A DNA stretch of 23,976 nucleotides, from NCBI GenBank assembly GCA_016744475.1, contig JADGEH010000073.1, positions 1 to 23,976 on the forward strand, written 5' to 3'. Positions 14,675-23,976 of this stretch are shown here, piece after piece. Position 1 is the stretch's first letter. Each line of letters begins with the position of its first letter. The notes under the pieces are model-generated. The model saw nothing but the letters and a program-made list of their open reading frames with translations. It did not search any database and was not told the DNA's origin. This DNA is from Thiotrichales bacterium. GTDB lineage: Bacteria > Pseudomonadota > Gammaproteobacteria > Beggiatoales > Beggiatoaceae. A program made the translations under genes and the position numbers.

Positions 14675-14924
14675 AGCGGTATCCTTGTAGTGAGACGGGT
14701 AAAGGCTTGCTGATGACTCGATTAAACTTTTTTAACGGGAAAAAAAGCGGTTATTGCCCCATACTGACTTTAATAAGCCTCATCGGGAATATGGCTCTTG
14801 ATAAGGGTCAAAAACACCAAAACAAAGGCGTATCTATCAAGATGTGTATTCAGATAGCAGAATTTATCCCGCATTTACGGTAAAGTACGCACCACCTTTT
14901 CATAAAAATACATTAATCAACGCC

Positions 14925-15884
14925 ATGAATTTGAATTTTCTCGATTTTGAACAACCGATTGCTGAACTCGAAGCGAAAATCGACGAGTTACGCTATGTCA
15001 GTAATGACAACGAAATTAACATCAATGATGAGATCGCACGCTTACAAAGCAAAAGCCGTGAACTCACTGAATCCATTTTTTCCAATCTGAGCTCTTGGCA
15101 AATTTCCCAATTGGCTCGCCATCCACAACGGCCTTACACCCAAGATTACATTGATCGCCTGTTCCCAGATTTTGAGGAATTACACGGTGATCGTGCGTTT
15201 GCCGATGATAAAGCGATGATTGGCGGTTTGGCGCGTTTGCAAGGCCAACCTGTGATGGTCATTGGGCATCAAAAAGGACGTGATACCAAAGAAAAAATCT
15301 CACGTAATTTTGGTATGCCACGTCCAGAAGGCTATCGCAAAGCCTTGCGCTTAATGAAAATGGCTGAAACCTTCAAGGTGCCAGTGTTGACTTTTATCGA
15401 CACACCGGGCGCTTATCCCGGCGTGGATGCAGAAGAACGCGGACAAAGTGAAGCCATTGCACGCAATTTATTTGAAATGATGCGCTTAAAAACACCCGTG
15501 ATTTGTACTGTTATCGGCGAAGGTGGCTCCGGCGGCGCACTGGCGATTGGTGTCGGGGATGCGGTGAATATGTTGCAATACAGCACGTATTCGGTGATCT
15601 CTCCCGAAGGCTGCGCCTCGATTTTGTGGAAAAGCGCTGAAAAAGCGCCCGAAGCGGCTGAAGCTATGGGCTTGACCGCTCATCGTTTGCATGAATTAGG
15701 GCTGATTGAGCAGATCATTTCTGAACCTCTAGGTGGTGCGCACCGGGATTTAGACGGCATGGCACAGAATTTAAGCAACGCTTTGTTAGAGCATTTGAAA
15801 GTCTTACAAGAGCAACCATTAGATGTGTTATTAGAAAACCGCTACCAGCGTTTTATGACATTTGGTATCGGTGAAACGGAATAA
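14925..15884 (+). CDS. accA: Acetyl-CoA carboxylase carboxyltransferase alpha subunit.
   Basis: [23 protein letters not shown]... is near-identical in layout to E. coli Acc[23 protein letters not shown]. The start is set at this Met, not the track extension from 14844. Confidence 0.9.
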   Translation: MNLNFLDFEQPIAELEAKIDELRYVSNDNEININDEIARLQSKSRELTESIFSNLSSWQISQLARHPQRPYTQDYIDRLFPDFEELHGDRAFADDKAMIGGLARLQGQPVMVIGHQKGRDTKEKISRNFGMPRPEGYRKALRLMKMAETFKVPVLTFIDTPGAYPGVDAEERGQSEAIARNLFEMMRLKTPVICTVIGEGGSGGALAIGVGDAVNMLQYSTYSVISPEGCASILWKSAEKAPEAAEAMGLTAHRLHELGLIEQIISEPLGGAHRDLDGMAQNLSNALLEHLKVLQEQPLDVLLENRYQRFMTFGIGETE

Positions 15885-15995
15885 CAGATTGAAAACCGCG
15901 ATGACTACATCGTGCCTGACTCGTTATTTTGCTGTATTTACCCCTCTCACATAAGCTGAGTGATATATCTTAACCCTTTGAAATAAGAGGAACTT

Positions 15996-16646
15996 ATGAA
16001 AACCCGCTATTCTCAATTTTTAGCCAGCCTATTCACTTTGGCCTTTATTTGCACCTTGTCGGTACAAGCCGCGCCCAAAGACCCACCTTATGAAAAAATC
16101 TCTCCGGCAGTGCCTGTAGCCCATGCTGATAAGCTCGAAGTGGTTGAAATATTTTGGTACACCTGCCCACATTGCTACTATTTTGAAGATTATTTGAATA
16201 CCTGGAAAAAAACCATACCGGTTGATGTAGCATTTATACATATGCCCGCCGTATTTGCTTCAGGTCGTGGCTATGAATTCGCGCAAATTTTTTACACCGC
16301 AGAAACGCTGGGTGTGTTAGAAAAAGTGCATAAACCCTTGTTTGAGAGCATTCATCGGGACAAAAAACCACCGCGTACCATGGATGATTTTTATGGCATT
16401 TTCAAACAAAACACCGACGTGACTAAAGAAGCTTTTGATAAAGCCTTAAAATCTTTTGCGGTCGATATGAAAGTGCGTAATGCGCAACGCCTGACCGCAA
16501 AATATGGTCTCACTGCGGTGCCTAGCATCGTGGTTCAAGGTAAATACCGCATGACCAGCGACATGACCGATGGTTATGACAACATGCTCAAAATTGTCAA
16601 TGAATTATTGGCAGACGAACGTCAGGCGAAAGCGCCTAAGAAATGA
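15996..16646 (+). CDS. dsbA: Periplasmic thiol:disulfide oxidoreductase, DsbA-like, with a signal peptide and a CPHC active site.
   Basis: EIFWYTCPHCYYFEDY. Thioredoxin fold, 216 aa. GAGG RBS. Confidence 0.8.
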   Translation: MKTRYSQFLASLFTLAFICTLSVQAAPKDPPYEKISPAVPVAHADKLEVVEIFWYTCPHCYYFEDYLNTWKKTIPVDVAFIHMPAVFASGRGYEFAQIFYTAETLGVLEKVHKPLFESIHRDKKPPRTMDDFYGIFKQNTDVTKEAFDKALKSFAVDMKVRNAQRLTAKYGLTAVPSIVVQGKYRMTSDMTDGYDNMLKIVNELLADERQAKAPKK

Positions 16647-17353
16647 GCATCATTGAGTGCGAGCAAGTCAGCATTTGCTACGGACGCAAAGCCGCACTCA
16701 AAAACTTAGATTTCACCCTCCATCCTGGCGAATGCTTGGGCTTGGTGGGACTAAATGGCGCTGGCAAAACCAGCCTGCTTAAAGCCCTGTTAGATTTTAC
16801 TGAAATCCAAGCAGGGCAGATTAAACTGTTTGGACAAGATCATACCCAACCCGCCGCTCGTGCGGAACTAGCCTACCTTCCTGAACAATTTTTACCTGCT
16901 GAGTATTTGCGCGGCGAAGATTTTTTGCATTATTTACTGGATTTATACCAAGCCAAACAGCCACGCACACAAATAGATGCGATGTGTTCAGCACTGGATT
17001 TGGATAAACAACAACTCAAACAGGCAGTGAGCACCTATTCCAAAGGCACACGCCAAAAATTAGGCTTATTGGCTTGTTTTCTCAGCAACAAATCTTTGCT
17101 GATTCTTGATGAACCCATGAGTGGTTTAGACCCCAAAGCCCGCGCTTTGACCTTTGAACGCATCAAACAGCATCAACAAAACGGCAAATCTTTGCTTTTA
17201 AGTGCGCATTATTTAGAAGATGTGGGACAACTCTGTGATCGTTTATTGGTGTTGCACGAAGGTCAAAATATCTTTTTAGGCACGCCCGCCGCCTTTTTAA
17301 AACAATTTGCCAGCGATCACCTAGAACAGGCTTTTTTGCGTTGTATTGAATGA
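16643..17353 (+). CDS. ABC transporter ATP-binding protein of 236 aa, a single NBD, with a 4-nt overlap onto dsbA.
   Basis: Walker A GLNGAGKTS, signature YSKGTRQKLGLL, Walker B LLILDEPMSGLD. Confidence 0.8.
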   Translation: MSIIECEQVSICYGRKAALKNLDFTLHPGECLGLVGLNGAGKTSLLKALLDFTEIQAGQIKLFGQDHTQPAARAELAYLPEQFLPAEYLRGEDFLHYLLDLYQAKQPRTQIDAMCSALDLDKQQLKQAVSTYSKGTRQKLGLLACFLSNKSLLILDEPMSGLDPKARALTFERIKQHQQNGKSLLLSAHYLEDVGQLCDRLLVLHEGQNIFLGTPAAFLKQFASDHLEQAFLRCIE

Positions 17354-17410
17354 TCCACATCTAAGGGCTGTTGATAGCCTTCCTCCCCCATCCCCAACAC
17401 GAGTGACTTT

Positions 17411-18466
17411 GTGAGCATTGAAACCGACCGCCTGATTGCCCCCGATAGCCAACGCGAAGACCAGGTGATTGATCGCGCTATCCGCCCGAAATCTTTACAA
17501 GATTATGTGGGACAACCGCATGTGCGAGAACAAATGGAAGTGTTTATTCCAGCGGCTAAAGGCCGCAATGAAGCGCTGGATCATGTGCTGATTTTTGGTC
17601 CGCCGGGACTGGGCAAAACCACTTTATCGCACATTATTGCTTTAGAAATGGGCGTTCATCTGCGCCAAACTTCCGGCCCTGTGCTGGAAAAAGCCGGTGA
17701 TTTAGCCGCCTTATTAACCAATTTAGAACCCAATGATGTGTTGTTTATTGATGAAATTCATCGTTTAAGCCCGGTGGTGGAAGAAGTGTTGTATCCCGCT
17801 ATGGAAGATTATCAGCTCGACATCATGATCGGTGAGGGCCCTGCCGCACGTTCCATTAAGCTCGATTTACCGCCTTTTACGCTGGTCGGAGCGACCACCC
17901 GTAGCGGTTTATTGACCTCGCCTTTACGGGATCGCTTTGGCATTGTGCAGCGTTTAGAGTTTTACAACACCGATGACCTGACTCACATCGTCACCCGTTC
18001 AGCCAACATTCTTAACGTGGGCATTGACGCACAGGGTGCATCTGAAATTGCTTGTCGTTCACGCGGCACGCCACGCATTGCCAATCGTTTGTTACGCCGC
18101 GTGCGGGATTATGCGCAAATCAAAGCCAATGGCGCGATTAGTTTGGACGTGGCGCAAAAAGCCTTGAATATGTTGGATGTGGATACTTACGGCCTAGACA
18201 TGCTGGATCGCAAACTACTCACCAGCTTGATGCAGAAATTCGATGGTGGTCCAGTCGGCGTGGATACGTTAGCTGCCGCCATTGGCGATGAGCGCGGCAC
18301 GATTGAAGAAGTGATTGAGCCGTATTTATTGCAGCAAGGTTTTTTGATGCGCACCCCGCGTGGGCGTGTCGCCACCCGCTTGGCTTGGGAGCATTTCAAC
18401 TTAAAGCCCCCCAGTGCCGTACAGGATTTGTTTGCTCAAGAAGAAGATAAAAACAGCGTTTTATAG
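17411..18466 (+). CDS. ruvB: Holliday junction branch-migration ATPase RuvB, with a GTG start.
   Basis: Collinear with E. coli RuvB: [82 protein letters not shown]. Confidence 0.9.
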   Translation: MSIETDRLIAPDSQREDQVIDRAIRPKSLQDYVGQPHVREQMEVFIPAAKGRNEALDHVLIFGPPGLGKTTLSHIIALEMGVHLRQTSGPVLEKAGDLAALLTNLEPNDVLFIDEIHRLSPVVEEVLYPAMEDYQLDIMIGEGPAARSIKLDLPPFTLVGATTRSGLLTSPLRDRFGIVQRLEFYNTDDLTHIVTRSANILNVGIDAQGASEIACRSRGTPRIANRLLRRVRDYAQIKANGAISLDVAQKALNMLDVDTYGLDMLDRKLLTSLMQKFDGGPVGVDTLAAAIGDERGTIEEVIEPYLLQQGFLMRTPRGRVATRLAWEHFNLKPPSAVQDLFAQEEDKNSVL

Positions 18467-18470
18467 ACTT

Positions 18471-19103
18471 TTAAGCTACATTCTCATCTCTCTTTACTTT
18501 GCTGAGATCGGCATTGGTGAAGTCGGTATCCGTCACATTGGCATTGATGAGAGAGGCTCCCGTCAAATCCGCACCGGTGAAATTGGCTTTGAAGAGATCG
18601 GCGTTGGTTAAATAGACTTCAATGAGATTGGCATCGGTGAAATTGGCCTTAAACAGATTAGCGCCTGTCATGTTGGCGCGAAACATGTCGGATTCAAATA
18701 GATTGGCGCGAAATAAGTTGGCTTCCGTTAAATTGACACCGGAGAGAAAACAACGGATGAGATAAGCTTTGGAGAGATTGGCTTCGCTGAGTGTGGCATC
18801 TGTCAGCGTGGTGTCTGACATGTAGGCTTCGCTGAGATTGGATTCGTTGAGATTAGCTTTGGATAAATTGGCTTTGGACAGATTAGCTTCAGTGAGATTA
18901 GCGCCATTGAGATTGGCTCCGCTCAAATTGGCTTGGGTTAAATCAACGCGAGAAAGGTTGGCTCGAAAAAACTCACCTTTAGAGAGGTTCATTCCAGTGA
19001 GATCACTACCTGATAAATCTGCCCAGGTTGAGGCATTTTCCCGCCAAGCATTCCAGGCTTTGATACCTTGTTGGAGCACTGCCAAATGTTCTGGGTTCGC
19101 CAT
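18471..19103 (-). CDS. Pentapeptide-repeat protein, 210 aa, with a MANPEHLAVLQQGIKAWNAWR N-terminal cap followed by about 30 A(N/D)LSxANL-type pentapeptides.
   Basis: Pervasive pentapeptide periodicity. The stop lies 4 bp from the ruvB stop in convergent orientation. Confidence 0.75.
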   Translation of the reverse strand: MANPEHLAVLQQGIKAWNAWRENASTWADLSGSDLTGMNLSKGEFFRANLSRVDLTQANLSGANLNGANLTEANLSKANLSKANLNESNLSEAYMSDTTLTDATLSEANLSKAYLIRCFLSGVNLTEANLFRANLFESDMFRANMTGANLFKANFTDANLIEVYLTNADLFKANFTGADLTGASLINANVTDTDFTNADLSKVKRDENVA

Positions 19104-19390
19104 ATTCTAAGTGATTGTTTGTAAGTGGCTGGGTTGCACAATGAGTGGGTTTGGTGTTTGTACATCCTAAAGCCTAGAATCCATCTCTCATTCTTGGTGT
19201 TTTTGTTTAATGAATGAGCCATATCTCACCTGAATCGATGAGTGCAGAGGGCACGCTTTGGAGGCTGTCCGAGGCTCTAAACCTCTGCATTAGAATCTGT
19301 ATATTAAAAGGCCGATAGCATAGCAGAAAGTGTTTGCTCGGTGATTTTTTTTATATTTTAGTTTAACTATATCGCCTAACCAATTTTTTT

Positions 19391-19422
19391 TATTGACAAA
19401 GTGTTTGATGTTTTTGTCAATA
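19391..19422. promoter_or_regulatory. Perfect 10-bp inverted repeat, tattgacaaa N12 tttgtcaata, carrying TTGACA on each strand. It sits between the sbcB stop and the pentapeptide gene start, with a T8 run upstream.
   Basis: Read directly. The flanking tracts have the wrong polarity for an intrinsic terminator of either gene, so an operator or promoter is more likely. Confidence 0.35.
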
Positions 19423-19443
19423 AAACCTCACTCACAGTCCCTC

Positions 19444-20883
19444 TTAGAACAATTGTTGAGCGTAGGCTCTTAATTGCTGCAATATCTGCTGTTGCCCAGC
19501 AGTGAGTGTGTTTTTTGATTGTAAATCATCCAGTTGAGCGTGATAAGCGGTTAAGGTTAAACTGCCGCCGCCTTCGGTATCGGTTAAGCGTTGATGACGA
19601 TACTGTTCCCAACGAGTGTGTTCTTCGGCGCTTAAACTGTTCGGATAATTACGTGCGCGATAGCGAAATAGCATTTCTGCTAAACGCTCATCCTCAAAAT
19701 TCTGCTTGAAGTGGCCTAATGTCTCTGGTGTTTGGCTGCGAATATTGTGCATTCTGCGTTTATCCCCGTCACTGAAAAAACCACCGCTGTAGAGCTGATG
19801 ATCCGGATCATGGCGTTCAGCAAAGGTGTGCTCGCTAAAGACTGTTTGTAATTTTGTGCTCAAGGTACTCCCGAAACGTTTGATCTGTTCTTGATGGCGT
19901 TGGCATTGTTCTATATCTAATTCAATGCGTTGTGCATCTTCTGGGCGAATAGTCTTGAGCGGGGCTAACACCGGGCATTTGTTGATATGCACAGTTTTTA
20001 ACGGGATGCGCTCAACGTCTTCAGGTAAGTCGGCAGCAGGGGTGAAAATACGTTCTCGAATGTGTTCGGCATCTAGTGTGAGCAGGGGTTCTGGATCGCT
20101 GCGCAAATCATAAACAATGATGCCGTTTTTATTTTTCGGGTCTTGTGCCAGTGGCATGATGAGGCTGGTGCAACCCCAATGTGCAGGGTACATGCGCGAG
20201 GTGTGTACGAGTATGGGGCGACTCAGAAGGTCTAATTGTTCTGCCACTGCGTGTTTATTTTTGTGCTGATAGAGATAATCGTATAAACGCGGTTGGCGCT
20301 GTTTTATCAAGCGTGCCAGATGTATGGTGGCATATACGTCGGCTAATGCATCATGTGCGCCTTTATGTTCTATGCCATTGGCGACGGTTAAGTCTTCGAG
20401 CTTAAAGCTTGGACTGCCATCATCATGCATCGGCCATTGAATCCCTTCGGGGCGAAGGGCATAGCACACACGCACCATGTCGATAATGTCCCAGCGACTA
20501 TTGCCTTGTTTCCATTCGCGTTCATAGGGATCAAAAAAGTTGCGATACAAGGTATAGCGGGTGAATTCATCGTCAAAACGCAGGCTGTTATAGCCTAGCG
20601 TGCAGGTTTTTGGACGTGCCATTTCGGTGTGAATGCGTTGAATAAAATCAGCTTCACAAACGCCGTGTTCTAGTGCTAATTGTGGTGTGATGCCCGTTAA
20701 TAAGCAGGCTTCGGGTTCGGGCAAAACATCGTTGGCAGGTCGGCAATACAGTTGTAATGGTTCGCCGATAATGTTGAGTGCTTCGTCAGTACGCACACCA
20801 GCAAACTGTGAAATGCGATCCTGTGCGGGATGACGACCGAAGGTTTCGTAGTCGTACCAATAGAGTGAAGGAGATGCAGGCAT
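19444..20883 (-). CDS. sbcB: Exodeoxyribonuclease I.
   Basis: YDYETFGRHPAQDRISQFAGVRTD...CLLTGITPQ...FDDEFTRYTLYRNFFDPYEREW...VHINKCPVLAP is collinear with E. coli SbcB. Confidence 0.9.
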   Translation of the reverse strand: MPASPSLYWYDYETFGRHPAQDRISQFAGVRTDEALNIIGEPLQLYCRPANDVLPEPEACLLTGITPQLALEHGVCEADFIQRIHTEMARPKTCTLGYNSLRFDDEFTRYTLYRNFFDPYEREWKQGNSRWDIIDMVRVCYALRPEGIQWPMHDDGSPSFKLEDLTVANGIEHKGAHDALADVYATIHLARLIKQRQPRLYDYLYQHKNKHAVAEQLDLLSRPILVHTSRMYPAHWGCTSLIMPLAQDPKNKNGIIVYDLRSDPEPLLTLDAEHIRERIFTPAADLPEDVERIPLKTVHINKCPVLAPLKTIRPEDAQRIELDIEQCQRHQEQIKRFGSTLSTKLQTVFSEHTFAERHDPDHQLYSGGFFSDGDKRRMHNIRSQTPETLGHFKQNFEDERLAEMLFRYRARNYPNSLSAEEHTRWEQYRHQRLTDTEGGGSLTLTAYHAQLDDLQSKNTLTAGQQQILQQLRAYAQQLF

Positions 20884-20936
20884 AGATTTTATAGGGCCGT
20901 GAGCGGAAAGCTCGCAACTCTATAACATAATGGGCT

Positions 20937-23276
20937 TTATGCCAAATCAGGAACAACAGGTGCAGGCGTGAATAAAGCGTCGCTGCTGGGGAAGGGGGCG
21001 TAAGCAGTGGTGAGATTTTCAGTCGCAGCATCGCTATCGTCGAGGATTAAAGTGCTGTCGCCAGGGGTATCTTCAATGCTTGAATCCGTTGTTAAAACAG
21101 TAGGTTCAGCATCACTGACTAATAACGCATCTGCGGGTTGAAGGCTTAATATATCATTTAAGGCTAAGATTTCATTCGGTGTCGAAGTGCTTAAAGTCTC
21201 TGTGTCTGTCATCGTGGATTCTGTAGCCGAATCGTTGGGTAATTCAGCACTCTCAGCGGAGTTTATCTCATCAAGAGCGGTATGGCTGAGCAGTGGTGCA
21301 TCTGTTGATATTGCGTCCACTGCGTCATCATTGCTTGTAGAGTGGGCTAGATTAACGGGTTCATTTTCAACCAAGGGTTCTACGTCTAATAGAGAACTCT
21401 TATCAGAAGATGATTCATCCAAAGGCGGTTCTAATGCGTCTGTATCATTATCAGTGTTTTCATCTAATTCATAAATCACCGGGGTCTCTGCCTCAAGCTG
21501 TTGTTCCGACGGTGTATCTTCTGAAGAGGTTTCTACTTCTATGATGACGCGCAAACGTGCTGTATAGGCAGGCGTGGTGAGTTCATAATCAAAGCCAGCG
21601 GTGCCTACAAAATTTTCTTCTGGAACAAACATAATGGCATTGTCATCTAAGATGACTTGACCATGTTCTTCATTGCCGACTTCCATTTTCAGTTCATCGC
21701 TACTGAATTCAGTATTGGCTAACAAATCTACCATTGAGACTTCTAATGTTTGATTGACAGCAATACTAATGTTGGTTTCAAGGTTGAACACTTGACTAGG
21801 TTCAACGGGTAAAGCCGTATCCGTCGGTTCTAATTCACCATTCAATAAGTGATTTAAGTGCTCGTCTTCTTTGCTGGCATCGTCTGTTGTTATCGTAGGG
21901 TCATCATTGTTAAAAGTATTATTAGAGGATTCAGAGGTATTGTCGCGGTTAAGGTTTGCGCCTGAACGACGATTGGATGGGATTAATATCGCCTCTGTCT
22001 CATCCAGTAAGGCCACACTGATAACATCAGACACCTCTTCTGTTTCAATGACTTCAGCAGGGTTGGATGCTGCTTCTGTTTGACTGTCTATTTCGCTGCT
22101 GGTGTTATTGTTTTCTGCCGTTTGTATGGGCGTATCAGAGGCAATGCTGTCTGCTGGGCTAATGGTTTCAGGTGCTGGTGAGGCCAGAGGTTCGATATTC
22201 AGTGGTGATGTTGGTGTGCTTTCTATAGTTGGACTGGGTGCTTGAACAATAGAAGCTGGAGGCGTTGCTTCCGTGGGAGGGGGAGCGGCTTCGGCTTCAG
22301 CTTGCGCAGCTTCAGGAGTTGCTAGGGTGTCCTGATGATTCATCGCTATCACCGCATCCACTGGGGCTTCCATCTCAACGACTGGCGGTGTGGAGGCTGC
22401 TTGGGGAGAAGAATAATCGGTGCTAGAGACGGTATTTAATGGCGCTAATTGCGTCTGAAAGGCGATGACATCTGTTTCTGAAGCGGTTTGAATCTGTGGT
22501 TCCATGGCAGAAATATGCAACATAGAACCCGCCTGTTCTGGGGGCAAGTGACTACTTTGATGCAACGTGCTCACATCGACAAAACCAGCGGTGTGCAACA
22601 AGGTGGTGGAACCATCTTCATCTACCCAACCATCCACTTCGCTGCTGTGCAGGTTTAATGTCGCTGAAGGAGTATAAATGGTGGTGTGTTGCAAACCGCT
22701 ATCCGATTGAGCCTCTTGGATAAAACGGAAAGAACCATTATGCACACTGGCTTCAAATTCTGCGACTAAGTGGCTGGAATCATGATTTAAACTAAACATT
22801 TCCAGCGTAGCGCGAGAATAAGGGCCTAATTGAAAGACCGTGCCATCTTGCAAGGTGATTTTGACGTGGCTGCCCGCACCCGTCATGATCGTGTCATTGA
22901 TGTGGATGGGCGCGCCTTTAAACAAAGCACGTACACTGTCACCGTTTTGAGCGACCGCAGGGCCTTTGACCAGCATCGAGACAAAGCCAATTTGTGGGCT
23001 GCTAATGTTGGCGGCTGATGTCGTATTGATGGAGGGCAGCTGAGTGACTTGGTGAGCAGCGACGAGTTGCGATGTTCCAGAGGCCAATAAATCTCCATCT
23101 ATCCCTAGCAACACGCCATTACTCACCAATAATAACGCTTCAGAAGCCGATGAAGTAGGCTCTTGTGGCATGGCAGCCACCGCCTGTGCTTCTTTCAACG
23201 GCAATTCTAGCAAGACATGCTTAGAATTTAGCGTGCCGGCTGTCATGATTTGAGATGCAACGGAAGCAGTGTGCAT
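20937..23276 (-). CDS. Large acidic low-complexity protein of 779 aa. It has an N-terminal FecR-like domain (GDSVRALFKGAPIHINDTIMTGAGSHVKITLQDGTVFQLGPYSRATLEM), a long S/T/E/D/P-rich region, and a cadherin-like/VCBS-type segment (VDLLANTEFSSDELKMEVGNEEHGQVILDDNAIMFVPEENFVGTAGFDYELT). There is no N-terminal signal peptide, so it may be a type I secretion substrate or a surface protein.
   Basis: Domain motifs recognised by eye. pI is clearly acidic. The internal ORFs on the other strand are artefacts of the low-complexity region. Confidence 0.6.
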   Translation of the reverse strand: MHTASVASQIMTAGTLNSKHVLLELPLKEAQAVAAMPQEPTSSASEALLLVSNGVLLGIDGDLLASGTSQLVAAHQVTQLPSINTTSAANISSPQIGFVSMLVKGPAVAQNGDSVRALFKGAPIHINDTIMTGAGSHVKITLQDGTVFQLGPYSRATLEMFSLNHDSSHLVAEFEASVHNGSFRFIQEAQSDSGLQHTTIYTPSATLNLHSSEVDGWVDEDGSTTLLHTAGFVDVSTLHQSSHLPPEQAGSMLHISAMEPQIQTASETDVIAFQTQLAPLNTVSSTDYSSPQAASTPPVVEMEAPVDAVIAMNHQDTLATPEAAQAEAEAAPPPTEATPPASIVQAPSPTIESTPTSPLNIEPLASPAPETISPADSIASDTPIQTAENNNTSSEIDSQTEAASNPAEVIETEEVSDVISVALLDETEAILIPSNRRSGANLNRDNTSESSNNTFNNDDPTITTDDASKEDEHLNHLLNGELEPTDTALPVEPSQVFNLETNISIAVNQTLEVSMVDLLANTEFSSDELKMEVGNEEHGQVILDDNAIMFVPEENFVGTAGFDYELTTPAYTARLRVIIEVETSSEDTPSEQQLEAETPVIYELDENTDNDTDALEPPLDESSSDKSSLLDVEPLVENEPVNLAHSTSNDDAVDAISTDAPLLSHTALDEINSAESAELPNDSATESTMTDTETLSTSTPNEILALNDILSLQPADALLVSDAEPTVLTTDSSIEDTPGDSTLILDDSDAATENLTTAYAPFPSSDALFTPAPVVPDLA

Positions 23277-23694
23277 AGAATTAAAACCTTAGCTGATATA
23301 GATACTGAGCTGAAACCAAAAGGCGTATTGCCTGACTTCAAACCGTCATGGGAATATCAGGACATTCTGTTGTGCGCAATTAACGTGAGATGAGATGTGC
23401 TGAAGTACACCCGCCAAACACAACGTAAAGATAGAGTGTTTTGAGGCATTAAATGCCACCCAATATTATGACACATATAAGCTTAGACACTCATTTAACA
23501 GTGTTATAAAACCTGAATACAATGAAGTGCTTATTCTGACTAATGGCGATCAAGGCAAGATTAACGGTGAAGCCTACTATGGCTTTAAATAACTCACCTC
23601 ACGCACACAGCTTGAAATGAGGGGAAATGTCATACTTTTCCTACGCCTGTAAACTCAAGTGGTGGAGCTAGAGCCATCCATCTAAGAGCCTATA

Positions 23695-23844
23695 CGAAGA
23701 TGGGGAATCGAAGCGAAAATGCGCCATTTTGAGGCAGGTTTTTCGGCTTTTTAAGGCGAATAGCGGGCGTGTAACGAAAAAAAGCGGAAAACCGGGCCAA
23801 AAGGGCGGGTTTGCAGCCGATTATCCCGTTTTCGTATAGGCTCT
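23695..23844 (+). mobile_element. MITE family 1, full copy of about 150 bp, upstream of the large acidic protein gene.
   Basis: Terminal repeats agagcctatacgaa...ttcgtataggctct. About 90% identical to the 6865-7024 copy. Confidence 0.8.
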
Positions 23845-23976
23845 AAAGCAAAGGTGACAAAGCTTGCAAAAAAGACACCTTTATAGAACCCATTTGAAAT
23901 CTCAAGAGGCATGAGCCGCGAGACGCTTCACCATAAGACGAATAAAGCAAAGTTTGAGTTTCTGATTGGCATTTTC

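Noticed and set aside
14844-14924. N-terminal extension of accA ([27 protein letters not shown])
   Set aside because: E. coli AccA aligns from MNLNFLDF at 14925. The extension has no homology, so it is an upstream in-frame artefact.
18414-19110. ORFs on the plus strand (18414..18611, 18838..19110) opposite the pentapeptide-repeat gene
   Set aside because: They are antisense reading frames produced by the periodic repeat (IGIGEVGIRHIGID..., LRLAPLRLAPLKLA). They are classic artefacts.
21187-22083. Several 60-95 aa ORFs on the plus strand inside the giant acidic protein gene
   Set aside because: They are Ser-rich mirror frames of a low-complexity region, with no start or RBS context.

Overview
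This is a mosaic chromosomal segment that looks gammaproteobacterial. The E. coli-like housekeeping proteins (Fmt, RuvB, AccA, SbcB, MreD, DsbA) and an orphan cbbQ suggest a Thiotrichales-like sulfur oxidiser, but that taxon call is inference only. Host-composition genes at roughly 47-52% GC are interrupted by four things. (1) Three abutting tRNA or tRNA-like genes on the minus strand with non-canonical anticodon loops. (2) A roughly 3 kb low-GC island, about one-third GC by eye, carrying a YcjX-like P-loop NTPase and a YcjF-like (DUF697) membrane protein. (3) Two families of about 150-162 bp MITE-like elements with terminal inverted repeats, seven copies or fragments in total. (4) Between two inverted MITE copies, a perfectly 12-bp-phased direct array of DnaA-box-like motifs, including one exact TGTGGATAA, next to an AT-rich tract flanked by inverted boxes. 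That arrangement is origin-like. Synteny is scrambled relative to E. coli: mreD has no mreBC, fmt has no def, ruvB has no ruvA and cbbQ has no cbbO. There is also an ArsR, DUF318 permease and thioredoxin-like cassette pierced by repeats; a minus-strand run of an SPFH gene, a hypothetical gene and a small translationally coupled ORF just downstream of the tRNA cluster; a pentapeptide-repeat protein; and a 779-aa acidic FecR-domain and cadherin-like protein. All calls come from reading the sequence and remembered family signatures. No searches were run.
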